From positions 1 through 64,000 of the forward strand of contig JASANG010003711.1 of the NCBI GenBank assembly GCA_030248215.1: a stretch of 64,000 bases of DNA, in the 5' to 3' direction. Under the pieces are notes generated by a model, which was not told where the DNA came from, ran no database searches, and worked only from the letters and a program-made list of their open reading frames with translations. The translations under genes were made by a program, and so were the position numbers. This document shows positions 24,631-37,600 of this stretch, one piece after another (positions within the stretch are counted from its first letter, which is position 1; each line of letters opens with the position of its first letter). The DNA is from Enoplolaimus lenunculus. Taxonomy: Eukaryota.

Positions 24631-24743
24631 GGCCCATGTATAGAACAGGGCCGGATCGTTTTCCGGCGGGGCTGTAATAGAGTCAGTTTAAGCTTTAGAC
24701 GAACTTTTTTTGCTTAGGGTTTGTCCTGTATTATACATGGGTC
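24631..24743 (+). mobile_element. GGCC-ended MITE, subfamily B, internally deleted
   Basis: GGCCCATGTATAGAACAGG ... CCTGTATTATACATGGGTC; perfect TSD TTGAGTAG; the telomere array is reduced to about one unit. Confidence 0.85.
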
Positions 24744-25959
24744 TTGAGTAGTTATAACCCTTGCATGGGACCCGGGGGTTATAAACTACTACCATGTTTG
24801 AGAGTTGATACATTTTTTCAAAAACAAGACATGTAGAGCTTATCAGATTATCAAAGCAATACGACTGTTTACATTTTGGTTAGTCTAAGAGGTGTTCTGT
24901 TAATGTTTAGTTTTTGGTGTTATCTTACAAGGGTCATTTTAGGTTTGTTTTTTGCTTGTAAAAAGCAGTGTAATCTGTAATTGTTTTACGCTGGCTTCCG
25001 ACATTTGAACAAACGCGCAGCTGGTTTTTTTGTAAATTTCTAGACCGCCGATATCAGGGACAGTGTAATATGAGATTTCGCAAAAAAACAGACCGCTACT
25101 TGTGATTAAACATCGTTTACAGTTTTGAAATTTTTAAAACATGTCAAGCATGTTTTGAAATTTATGAAGTATTTCGCTACCGAAATTGCCGGAACCTCGA
25201 GCAAAAATTTTTCTGAGCTCTGTCTATTTTTTGATGAGATAGTTTATAACTGGAAGCAACTCTTAATATATACGTTTCCTGTAATGCGTCATCCATTTTG
25301 TCGTGTGCCCGCCGTGTGGAAAATTGACGCAACCATTTCCAAGTACGGTTTTGAAAAACGCGTCAGGAAGGAAATTATACATATATAAATTGTAAACATA
25401 ATGTGCTACAGTTGCGTTAAAAATTTAACTATAAAGCACAGATCAACGCTGCTTTTCTGACAAAACCGGATTCCAAGTAAGTAAAAAAATTCGTTTTAAC
25501 TGCTGAACGAACACCTGAAAGAAATATATTTCTTAAAACAAGGTCTCTATACGTATCTTAAAAGTGAAAGTTAACATTTTTGATACTTGATTGCCTGCGA
25601 TATACACCTGAGTATCGTTTCGTCCACAAATTCTGCTTCCGTGGTCGTTAATGCAAGCACCGAAAATTTAGATCGTTTAAGCTTTAGTTTAATTTGAGTA
25701 ATTAGATACTCAATTTTCAGCAGTATGCCGCAACGCCTTTCGATTAAAAAATATATATTCGATAAAATTCATTCCCGATCTTCAAAATTACGCACTTTCG
25801 ATTACTTTTCGAAGGTATAAACGGGTAGTAAAAATAACGACAACAGCAACGGATAGTGTTCAAAATTATTTTTGTGCAAACACACAAGAGGCGTGCAAAT
25901 ATATATTCACCAGGTTATAAAAAATTTTAAGGAAAATACGACGGATGCATCGAAATTTT

Positions 25960-26113
25960 GGCCCATGTTACTTTAAGGGGCGTCCAGATTTCTGGTGGGT
26001 CTATAAAAGAGTAAGTTTAGATTCTAGGTTACATTTTTTCTGCTTAGGTTTAGGCTTAGGCTTACGCTTAGGAACTCATTTTTGCAACGCTTTAGGCTTA
26101 GGCTTAGGAATAC
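25960..26113 (+). mobile_element. GGCC-ended TTAGGC-bearing MITE, subfamily A, right end missing
   Basis: GGCCCATGTTACTTTAAGGGGCGT left TIR and both TTAGGC blocks present; no right TIR. Confidence 0.8.
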
Positions 26114-27785
26114 GATTTAAAGATAATGGATGAATTTTGTAATTTTTGTAATTGCAGTATATCTGTAATGAAAACGTGCGAGATACATATACCTGATTTA
26201 TAACTAATTTTTGGCGTAAAAATAACAGAATTTCGTTTATTTTTAATCACGGAACTGGAAACTTGTTTCATTTTAACCCATTTTTTACCGTTACTACCGG
26301 TATCTTGGATGTTAAGTTTTACTTTGTGTCGAACTATACGAAAAGTCCAACAGCGCAACAGCACAACCAGTCCCTTATATTCCTAAAATCGCTCGTGTTT
26401 TATAACAATTGATCATGTTTCCAAATGTAGTATTCAACATTTAATAGACGTTTATTGCTCAGGAATCTGGTTCGGAATGATAAGAAGTATTTCGGTTTAA
26501 ACCGAAAGCGCATCATTAAATTAATTACCTACTTTGAATGAAGGTATTTATATTCAACATACAATTTCTTTGTTTTTGAAAACACTCAAATCTCAAATAG
26601 TTACCATTTCATGTCTGCAATAAAGCCCAATTTTTAAATTGGCTGGAAAAATATAATGGCCAGCACGCAGAAGCGTAGTTGCAAAACGAATTTTTAAAAA
26701 AATCAGAAATGTATAACCCATTCGGTGGATTTCAATCTAAAACAGATATTGTAGCCTAGGCATGAATCTAAGAAAGTATATATAAAGAAAAGGTTCTGAA
26801 GAGGCCAAAGAGAATATATAGCATTGAACTAAAAATTGGGGAGTCCGCTTATTGACCGCCCTTCGAAAACAGGTTTAGCTAACCGACCCCTGTGTTTTCT
26901 CCGCACCGCTATTTTACACAGTACCCCTGATTGAGAATGTTGTAATATAACATCAAAATACTCAGGTAAAACATGTCAAAACGAAACGATCAATAAACAC
27001 CCTGTAGTGAACTCTGCTTATGATGGGCACATGTCTTACTTAATAGTTTTATGCCGCGAAAATTTGCGTTTGGATTCTCGCTCGCTGCGTTTGTGAGGAC
27101 ATTTCGCCATATATATTGCGTGCGCTTCAACTCAGAAATCTATATTCGCCACTATTTGCAAGGCTATTGCTGTTTAAAGCGTTTATATTTAAATAATAGG
27201 CTGAAGTGTAACACGCGTTGTTTCAGCAATAGGGTCAATAGCATCACGTTTTACACTTCTCAACGCATAGGCTTCGCTGAAGGCTTAATCTACCGTGTAC
27301 GGTCCAACATATCGTATTGCATATACCGCGGTGCTATTATTATATACCCAAAACTGATTGGGAGGAGACTTTAAATTACTGAGACCGTGTGTTTTTTTAA
27401 AAATGTTGATCTCTATTTAAGTATTATGTAGTCTTGGTAATTGGCAACCACTGCAAAATTATCACTTATTCATTTTGTTTGCTCTATTGCACGCTGGTTG
27501 CCGGTCACTTAAAGAAACTAAATACGACAGACATTTAAATTTAGACTGAAATAATTAGTCATTAAAGCAACGCCGCCTATTATTTGTGCAGTTATTGCGG
27601 TTACAATATATTGGAATTAACTTGCAACAGTTTGAGTATCGAGTATAATTGACTCGAACTGATATATGTCTTGCGGTAATTGGTTAATTATGCCGTCATA
27701 AGGCACCTGGTGTTGTTTAAATGAAATTTTGGGAAATTTAAAAACGAAACCGCAATTTCAACCGAATAAACATGTAACCAAATGT

Positions 27786-27909
27786 GGTCCATGCAAAGAT
27801 CAGGGTCGGGACGTTTTTCTCTGGGAATAAAATAGAGTAAGTTTAAGGTTTAGACTAATTTTTTGCTTGGCTTAGGCTTAGGCTTAGGAATAAACTTATT
27901 CTTTCGCTT
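27786..27909 (+). mobile_element. GGCC-ended TTAGGC-bearing MITE, subfamily B, truncated
   Basis: GGTCCATGCAAAGATCAGGG left end and (CTTAGG)3; colinear with the copy at 28248. Confidence 0.75.
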
Positions 27910-28247
27910 GATTGCAGAGGGGGTGCTATGCTCATTAAAGTTTCTTTGTGACACCAAGAAACTATCTTGTGTCCTCAATTCACAAATCCTGGTGGGATGG
28001 TGTGCGTGTGACTCTGAATACAAGTTAATTCTCGAATCTTTGTTGGTCAGCGCGGTAGTTATGTTTACAATAAATGTCAAATATTTAAAAAGAACAATGT
28101 TTGTTGTTTTCAATTCATTCGCATTTGCGCACCTGTGATATATATATTTTGAACTTGTTTTATAAGCACTTTTTTCCAAAACTATGGCCGTCCGGAAAAA
28201 ACGGACCCTTTTTCACGAACCGACGGCAGCCTCGGTGCTGGAAGTGT

Positions 28248-28455
28248 GGCCGTTGTAAAGATCAAGGGCGGAACGTTTTTCTATGGGACTACAAAAGAGT
28301 TAACGTAAGCTTTAGACTAATTTTTTGCTTGGCTTAGGCTTTAGGCTTAGGCTTAGGAATATGCTCATTCTTACGCTTAGGCTTAGGTTAAGGCCAAGGC
28401 TTAGGCTTAGGAATATGCTTATAATACTGTTCCGCCCCTGTTGTTTACATTGGCC
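28248..28455 (+). mobile_element. GGCC-ended TTAGGC-bearing MITE, subfamily B, longest array
   Basis: GGCCGTTGTAAAGATCAAGGGCGGAAC ... GTTCCGCCCCTGTTGTTTACATTGGCC; perfect TSD GGAAGTGT. Confidence 0.88.
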
Positions 28456-29509
28456 GGAAGTGTTATGGGTGTAAAAATTACAGTAAATATGGCGTATGTG
28501 GTATTTACACGTATAAGTAAAGTGGCCACCTTATTTTATATTTATTATAAATTTTTGATTCATGTTTTGAGAGGGAAACAACTTCTGCTGACGTTTTATC
28601 CGAACGGAAGTGTTTAGCAATTACCAGTAAAATTTTCTGAAGTTTTCCCGATGATTATTAATATAAACATGTTGAAAATACCTTTACTGTTGCATACGTT
28701 CCTTTTCAAAACTAAAAATAGCTCACAGTAAAGCTGCTATGGAGTGAAGCGATTCCCAGCAAGCGGTTAACACGACGCATTGAAAATGGTAGACATTAAT
28801 TGTTACGATTTCAATTTTTAAGTCCAACTCAATCTGCTATGATTTTTTGCTTTATAATATTTTTAAACTCCAGAAATAGTTTCAGTCAGACAGCCGGGTC
28901 GCTAAGGGTATGCTGTTCCTTGGTACTATTAAATTCAAGACTGAATGGATGCGGTTCCGTTTCACAAACTTTAATCGATGTTTTAAAACAAACTAAAGTT
29001 CGGTATAACATTCGAACCAAAAAATTTTCGTCTAAAAAATTAACTCAACAATCTTGTTAACTGTGGAGTGGCTAAATAACTTTAATTTCTTTGAATTAAT
29101 ATTGCATACAGCGTTTTTCGTGTAAACACGAAAAATTACACGAAAAGTTTTTTCGGTCAATTTTTCAGACTGTAGGTGCGGTTTTCTAGAAAAATTAACC
29201 ATATTTTATGCAGGGTGCAATGTTGTTTACAACATAAGAAGTTTAAGTAAGCCTATACGAGTTAAACATATGGGCTTGCAGATTGTAGTGATTTTCACTG
29301 TTTAAACATTACTTAAAAATAAACATGAAAAGCATGGGAGGTACCAGAAAATTGCTTCGAGGTATGCCAGTACATTCCGGCATACTTTTTCTAAACCTGA
29401 ACCAGCTGTGTAAATTTTAGATTTGTAAAAAAATTCCATCATGTATAGCCCCGATTGTTTAAAAAATTTTCTTTAGAAAGCCATGTTAGTTTGACTCAGG
29501 AGGAGTTGA

Positions 29510-29586
29510 ATTTTGGCTCAGTTTGTGTAGTCAGAAAAAGCCTATTTCGGAGAGACTCAATCTGACTCACCATTTTTTGCAGTGTA
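29510..29586. repeat. Dispersed repeat end, second copy at about 30850-30925
   Basis: TTTGRCTCAGTTTG...AGCCTATTTCGGAGA...CTCACCATTTTTTGCAGTGTA is present at both sites. Confidence 0.7.
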
Positions 29587-29799
29587 AAATAATGACAAGT
29601 TTCCTATTTCGTAAACAGAATATGCTCAATCTGCTCTTGGTTTTTAATACACGAGGTTAAGTTTTCAGAAAACGTAAAATCATTAATTAAATTATTAATA
29701 CTCTGTTGAAGGCTAAATATTTCGCCATTTAGAAAGGATGATAGGCGCTTGTACGCTTTTTTCTACACACGTTCAATTTCATCTTTAGATTAAGGCTTA

Positions 29800-30477
29800 T
29801 GCGGGGTCACGTTATAACCGGGGCAGCTTGGGACATGTTTTGAGCCTATTAGACTATTGGGTAACATTTTGTCTGCTTATAGACCCTATGTCGTATTCAA
29901 AAATTCGTATTTGTCTGCTATAAACATGTGTGAGTCACCTTTTGTTCTTCAATATCATATGATATTCGACGTATTGTCAGCGAGTTCCATATGATATATT
30001 TTCTAATGTTTGCATACTTGAGGTAACATTCCCAAATTGTCCTGTTGAATATCATATGATACTGGAAATTGAAATTTGAATTTTTGTAGTATGACACTAT
30101 TTTTCTATGCCGTTTTGTTCCGGAAATGAATTTGCGGACGTGTATTTGGTATTTTAAGCAGAGCTGTGACTCTGCCGTCCGACTTTCCATTAATTTATTA
30201 GCACCCGAAAATTTCACTGTTCCGCTGAATATCGTATGATATTCGTTGTAATTTTGGAATACCATATGATATTGGCATAAATGTCCCTCAGTATCACGTG
30301 ACATGCCAACTCTTGTACACATTGATCTTGTGAGAGCGGTGGTTTGTTAGTAAGTGTTATATGACATTCGAGTTTTGTCTGTTCACCCGATATGAGTGCT
30401 CAAATTTTAACGTTGACGTCGAATTAACATGGGGCAAGCCGTGTCCCGCCTGTCCCGGTTATAACGTGAATCCCGCA
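29800..30477. mobile_element. TIR element with putative TTA TSD and internal ATATCATATGATAT palindromes
   Basis: TTA|TGCGGGGTCACGTTATAACCGGG ... CCCGGTTATAACGTGAATCCCGCA|TTA. Confidence 0.75.
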
Positions 30478-33400
30478 TTATGCCTAATAGTTTAAGGCTC
30501 AGGAAAGAGTGTAGGGTACAGCTTACGTAAAGGCTAAGCCGAAACGTAGGCGTTTGCCCATCTCTGACTCTAAGCCAGTGGAGGAAACTTTACTACAGTC
30601 GTGTTATATTTGATCTTTTCAATCTTAAGCGTTTGATGGGTACTTTATAATAAATCAGCCATTTACGTGCCCAAACTCCGTATTATTGTTGCTTCAATTC
30701 GGTTTTCATACCTTTAGATTTGTTTTGCGAATGAGACCTCAAGAAAATCGAATTATCTAAAAACGCTCGTTTTCATGAAAATATACAAAAATTTTCAAAA
30801 TAGTCAAATTCGATTCCGCCAGAGTCGAACGTGCGAATTAGTAAGTCGAATTTGACTCAGTTTGGATAGTCCCGTAGAGCCTATTTCGGAGACAGTCAAT
30901 TTGGCTCACCATTTTTTGCAGTGTATGTTTTAAGCCTGTGGTTATTATATATACCTATCAGGTATGTATTTTGATACAACGAATATAATATTTTATCGTC
31001 TTAAGCGTATTTGCATTTTATACCACTTGTTTAGTACAACTTGCAGTTGCAGTGTATGTAAAATATATTTTTGCAAGTTTTAGCAACTTGTCGCGAGTTA
31101 TTAGTAACCTTGTAACAAGTTGTAAAACACTGCCGTTTCTGTTACTATTGTTGGTCGTGTATTTTAAGTTGTAAAACACTACTAATGAAAATTTGTTTGG
31201 TAATTTATAATACCAACTAAACTACACCTCTCGGTTTCTTCTTCGCTATCTAAGTTTATGGGGGGACGAAGACGAATACGTTGCAATAATTTTAACGCAT
31301 TCTTAATACGGCCTAGCGCTACTGGCCGAATCAAGGGAGTCCACCAAGACTATAACGCTAATCAGGACCACAACCAAAATTTAGTATTAAGATTTAATAA
31401 ATAAATATTAAAATTGTGTTTGGCTTGTCGCTCGCGAGCTTTTTTCACTATAAAAAGACAACACCCTTGACAGGAATTAGCGCACTACCAAAAATTACAC
31501 CAAGTGTGCTGTTATAACTCCGTATGGATATGTAGTCATTATACGGTGTGAAACGATCATACCTAAACACCCATGGTTGGACAGTACGAGAGGAAAGTCG
31601 ATCAGAATTAATGCACTTTACTGTACACAACAATGTTTTTCTTCTTTGACAATCGATTTTTATTTTTTTTTGGTCTCAAAAATTATTTGTTTTATACAAC
31701 TTTTAAAACTGAGAACAAATTGTTTTAAACTACGCGACGGTCCGATAATGAAGAATTTGATGAACTTGGTCCTATTCTGACACGGTGCAAAATTCGTTTG
31801 GTAGTGAACGAGCGGTCGCACGCTTCCCAATTACTACTGATAACACAGACACACAAGCGAATGGCAATATTTTGAAATATGCATTTAAATGTAAAAATAG
31901 TGTGTCCGTGTCGAAAATGTTATGTCATTCAATTTTTAACAAATAATTGTCAGATGAACGCTGGTGAAACAAAAATAGCCGTTACATGGTTTATTTGAAC
32001 AAGAATATTTTGTAAACACAACTCACTCTATATACAGCGTAGGCAAACGGGTATGTTGGAAGTTGTATTTCTGTAATTTTTTTTTCAATATTTTTCCATG
32101 AAAAATGAACTTTTAAACAAGATGACGCTCGCATTTAAAGAATTCGATGATGGTGGTGACAAAATTTAGACGAAAAATAAATTGACACTGCTGCTGATGC
32201 TGCTAGTTTTTGTTGCAAAAATTTTTAAATTGTCCATCTTTTTGGTTATCAGTTAAATTCAATCTGTATTTTTTGCCAAAAGGTAGGTATATATAGAGAT
32301 CGGGCGGTGTTTGTGTACTTCCCACACACAGGCTAAGGTTTCTAGTCCACAAGCGCAGTAACGATTTTTTAGGGGTACTAAGGTAATCTCTGCTGGATGT
32401 TTGAGCTAAAAAAGTTCTAAATGGGCGCTAGGGAAGACAACACGATTCATAACAGTCTCTGAAAACAGTTGATGCGATAACGTCGTGTGAGCTCGAATGG
32501 GTCACCCGAGCATGGGTGGGTTTCCAACATAGATCAAAACCAAAATTTTTGTTTATCTTTAGTACTAAAATTGCGTTTGGCTTCTTGCTGATACCCTTTT
32601 TCAAATTTTACTCCCAGCTTCACAGCCGTTACTAATTTGTTCTTCTTTCAAGCCTATTGCTAAAAAATAAACGTCATGTACTATTTATTATGGCTGCAGA
32701 ATTTTAGCGATTATATTTTAACATGAGGAAAGTATGGATGATGCTTAGGTTAAGTTATCGGGTATACTGTAGCCAGAAATATATATCCAAACCAAAAGAC
32801 TGTTAGTTTAATTGGTCATGACAAAATTAAAATTAACAGAGCGAGCGAAAGGCCTATGTGATTTTTACTTTGAGGGATGTAACATTAGGTTAAATGTATA
32901 CCTAAGTATAAGCTTGAACGTAAGAGTAGACTTAAGCCTAGCCTAAGCTGGTGTTATGTCCACATAGTCTCGTGAACTAAACTGATTAATCGTCGTTATA
33001 TACTTTCTAAATGGTAGAATCTCAACCTTGGGTTGAAAAAAATTATATTTTTGAGGTACAAACGTAATTCCTAAGCCTAAGCTTGAGTGTAATGATGAGC
33101 TTAACCTGTCTGGTAGTCCGCATAAACTCTTGCGATAAACTGGTTATATTTTCAAAATGGTGAAAATTAACCTTTCCTCGTGGCTTTTGAAAAATGTTTG
33201 ATTTTTAAAGTTGAAATACGAGATATTTTAAAAACGAATTCTGTTTCAAAAAACAACCGCCAGATATGGGAAGCAATTATATGGGGTTGTTTTGCACACT
33301 TTCCCACAGAGGCTAAATTTTCGTAAGCAACTTAGTATATAACTAAGTCTGACCTTTAGCCTTAACCATTTGCTAAGCCTAAGCCTCAAACTTCACATAC

Positions 33401-33534
33401 GGGGATATGTCTAAGAAGCTACGGGGCCTTTACAATTGCGCAAGTCATGCGCTCAGTTGGCAAGTGTTGAGTCGAAAACTGTGTCGTTTGCTGCGTTGCT
33501 GGTTCTTCCACAGGCAACCATTTTTTCGTTTCTT

Positions 33535-33713
33535 GGACAGTGCACCAATCTAAACTTTTGTCTGGTAAGTTTGTAAAAGAGCAGGTTTAGAATCTATATT
33601 ACATTATTTGCTTAGGCTTAGGCTTAGGAACAGACGTTTACAACCTTAGGCTTAGGCATTACGCTGAGCAATATGCGTAATCCACTGTGTAGGCCCTGAA
33701 ACTAACATTGACC
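33535..33713 (+). mobile_element. GGCC-ended TTAGGC-bearing MITE, subfamily A, degenerate
   Basis: Internal AAAAGAGCAGGTTTAGAATCTATATTACATT...(CTTAGG)3 and right end ACTAACATTGACC; no clear TSD. Confidence 0.7.
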
Positions 33714-34476
33714 GAGCAAATAATTTAGCTGGATAGAAAAAAACGCAAAAATAACCTGCATGAAAAGACGTTTATTGCCAAATGTTTACAATAGTGAAAT
33801 GGTGTAATGAGTTAAAACAAAGAAGTTTAATAATTCAACTTCAAGTTTTGCTCGCCGCACTACAAATCTTACTTTGATTCTGTCTTTAGGGGCTATTAAC
33901 CTCAAGGACACGTTTTAGACGACCGATGGTTGCTGTATTAATACTTGAAATTTTAAATTTTGCTGTTATAATATTTCACAAATATAAACAACGTGCGCCG
34001 ATTATAAACTCAAATTCTATCATTTAAATATTTAGAAATAATTGTTACCAAAAATTAACCTTTAATTTGAAAATGATATTTACGCTGTTGGTGTTGGATT
34101 TTTATTAAAGTGAAAAGCTAATGAGTATGATGAGTTCGTGCAAACGCAATAATAACCTTGCGAGCGAAGCGAACGAGAAGCCAAATGCAATTTTAGCGTT
34201 AATAATGCGAAGAGTTTTGGTCTTGAAAATCTGGGAGTATCCCTGGTTTGCTGTGCTTGCTAATGACCGAATGAGTAACTCTTTCTTACTGAACTGTGGT
34301 GAATTGAAATAAGCGCAGTATTATTAATTATAGGAATAATATAATGGTTTAAATTAACCCCTTCTCACATTGAGTTGCCTGTAGGCAACTCAGCGCAGTG
34401 TATATACGTTACATAGTATATATCGCACCGTGTTTAACAATTGTAACACGTATACATAGTACTAAATCATCACAAG

Positions 34477-34620
34477 ACGTGAGAGTCCCCTCGGGCTCGA
34501 GCGTCAAGCTCTTACAGCTGAGTGGTGATGGTATACGCCTCCCACTCCAGTCACTGGAGTTCGAATCCTAGCATAAAAGTAGGTCTGCAGGAGCAATAGA
34601 AAATATTCATGTGAGAAAGT
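34477..34620. repeat. Diverged dispersed repeat, second copy at 36743-36890
   Basis: ACGTGAGAG...TCGAGCGTCAAG...CTGAGTG...ATGGTA.ACGC.TCCCA...AAGTAGG...AAAATATT.ATG is colinear at both sites. Confidence 0.65.
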
Positions 34621-37600
34621 TTTAAAAAACTGTGTTGTAAGAATGATTACCACATTGTTAACTTTACCATACTGTACTGAAATATCAGTAAATCGTACAC
34701 ATTGCAAACCATTGCCAATGTTCAACCGAATTTTTCTCACTCAGTCAGGAATGCAAACGCCACGGTTTGATGTATTTGGGATGCGATAAACAATCTGCAT
34801 AAAAGTCCCGCCATTTAAAGTATATAATCGAAAACATATTGTATAAATCCTCCGAAATATCGGTTCTCTCACACAGTACATTGAGTTTAACTGTGGAGTA
34901 GAAGTTACTCGAACAGTTAAAATATCAAAACGACTCGTTCGATCGAAACCGAGATGTTGATTACAAATTTTAACTTTTTAAAAAATTTTTACGCCTGTCG
35001 CTAAATTCCATTTCCTCGGTAAGCCACTTTTACTGGTTCGCCTGCTAGAGTTTGTGATCGTTTAAATTTCAAATCCCGGAAGACGCTTCTAAACGTTTAC
35101 GAGAAATCTGCGCTTCTTTAATCATGAGTTTCGATTTAATATTTGAACGCGCACAACGTTGTATATATAATATATATAATATATAATATATATATAATAT
35201 ATATTTATATATATTTATATATATACGATGCACTGAGGCGTTTAGAAATTATGATTGTCTAGCGCCACGCCGTCAACCAGTGGTAGACTATATTCTTAAA
35301 TATTCATGGCTATTTAGCTTTAAAGTTTGAAAATGCTAAAGCCATCACTCATGCCATTTACACCGCATCGTGTACAATGAGTTAATCTCAAGTTTTACAC
35401 ATTTATTAATTGAACAGTATGGTAACTTATTATTATGTAAGCAATGAACATTTCATTGCCGATTCAAGAGGCGTCCACACAGATCTAGCTCCCGTGGACC
35501 AACAGGGATTGAAACCAAAATTTTGCGTTACGGTTTACCATTAAAATTGCGCTTGTCTCCTGGATCGTTTCGCTTGCGAGTTTTTTTATTTCAGTATTAT
35601 ATATCGCGCGGCCTTCCGCATCAGAAATTTCTGAAACCGCCACTTTAACATTTGATTTCGGTGCAGGAACGTTAATATTTGATAGGGAGCACAACGTTTA
35701 TGAAAGTGATGGCTTGAGCAGAGGGAAACACTCATACCCCTTGGTGCAAAGCCGTAACCAACGAAAACAATTTTGACTGAAACTGTCAACTACATATTTT
35801 TGAATCATTTAGCGGATAAAATAGAACGCATTACAAACAAATATTATTTTGGTCAAACCATTCTCGTGGAAGTAGCCATTTCTAGTCCGTTTATGGATAA
35901 ACAACCTCGCGTCATTCTACTCCGCCCAGCACAGCCCAATTAATCAGAATTAATAGCGCGTCACACACACACGTATGTGTTGTTCACTTTAAAGCTGAAC
36001 CAGTGAGCTAAAAACTTTAATTGGAATGCAACGATTTAACATACCATTAAACAAAGATTGGCTGTTTCAATCCTAATTTCAACGTTCGTTCAAAGATGGG
36101 TAGGAGAATTGCAGTTACCGGTTGAGATAAATCGTTCCACGCCTGTACCTTGTCCAACAACTACGAAGTGGGCCAACATTGGTCAAAGACGGCATACGTA
36201 GATATTGTATTATTTTACAATGAGAGTTGGACCAAAAATTGTCCCGCAGGGTTTAACCTTTAGGGTCCCCGTCGGCTACGGGTCTGTATGCTGGCTATCA
36301 CGGTGACTAATATCGTTCCGCATAGTTGAGTCATAATTGTACGAGGATAGCATGATGCCTAAAATGGTTAATGTTTAATATTTGTGGCATGGATCATTTA
36401 AGCGTGGTATGCGGCGCGACGGTGCTGCCACGGGTTAGTAGGGATAATTTGAAAATTTTGAATTATTTTGCAAATTTGGGTATAGACTCGAATATTGTCA
36501 TGTGAGCTTGCTTACGGGTCCAACACGTTGAATTGGTTGATAATGAAATCAACATAACTGATGTATATTTTGCATGACTGTAATTTTTTCTAAAGCGTTA
36601 CACTGGGGGAACAGTTTTAACCCTTTCCTGCAGAGAGTGTACTGAGTAAATAATTGCAACCTATACATCACGTCCAATGGATTGGCATGGCACCGTGTAT
36701 AAGTACCTAATGCATGTAAGTTATGTACAAAATCTCCACAAAACGTGAGAGCCGCCTTGGCGAGTTCGAGCGTCAAGATCCTATATCTGAGTGTCCATGG
36801 TAAACGCGTCCCATTCGAGTGACTGCAATCAAGACCGAGCTGAGAAGTAGGCGGTTAAAGAAATCTAAAATATTTATGCAGGAAATGGTTAAGTATATCT
36901 TTTTTCCAAGTCAGATATTTTTTAATTTTTTCGGCGTTGTCAAACTCAAACGGCAAACTTCCTCGTACTATATTTTTAGCAAATTTTGTTAACTTAGCAT
37001 GCTTCTATTGTTAATATAAATTGATAAAAACCCTTTTGTAAATATTATAAGCTACGTAAACAGGTGTAGCGTTTTACTCGGCAACACTACTGTAAAAAGT
37101 ATTTTTGGAATTAATCAGGGATATCATTGGGTAGGAAGTTTCAACACCCCCGTATCCCGCGGAAATTTGCGAAAATCCCAATCTCCATGACACCCCTGCA
37201 TCGAATAAAATAACAAACTGCCTCTTGGTGTTATACCCTTAAATTCGTAAATTAATTCGTATAGGTATATCACACCTTCAAGTTTTTATAAGGTGCCCAA
37301 TCGTGCAATTGTATACACGACGTTTTCGACCTGTTTGCAAAACAACACAAAATTTAATCCAAAATTTCGCCTTAGCAAATAAAATTCAAAAATACCGACA
37401 TTGTGCTTAAGTATTTAACAGAGCACTTTGGGTTGCAGTGGTTGCTTGCACTAGGCATTCTGCAATTTATTGCTACCGAGCGATGCATTATATTAAGCAA
37501 TAAGTAAATAAACAAATCAAACTTCAGAGAAGAACCAGGTGCGAAATCTTTAATATTACTTGAACACTTTACAATTGAAACGCTAAACACTGCAATTGCA

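Noticed and set aside
24748..24789. Inverted repeat GTAGTTATAACCC / GGGTTATAAACTAC downstream of PPCS as a terminator or miRNA
   Set aside because: The stem is too short for a pre-miRNA and intrinsic terminators do not apply to Pol II genes. It is probably a tiny transposon remnant.
22198..28455. ORFs containing LRLRLR / LGLGLG runs (also near 53322 and 59199)
   Set aside because: They are read-through of (CTTAGG)n inside MITEs, not proteins.
34519..34572. tRNA-like B-box GTTCGAATCC
   Set aside because: No cloverleaf can be drawn, and the sister copy near 36790-36840 lacks the B-box.
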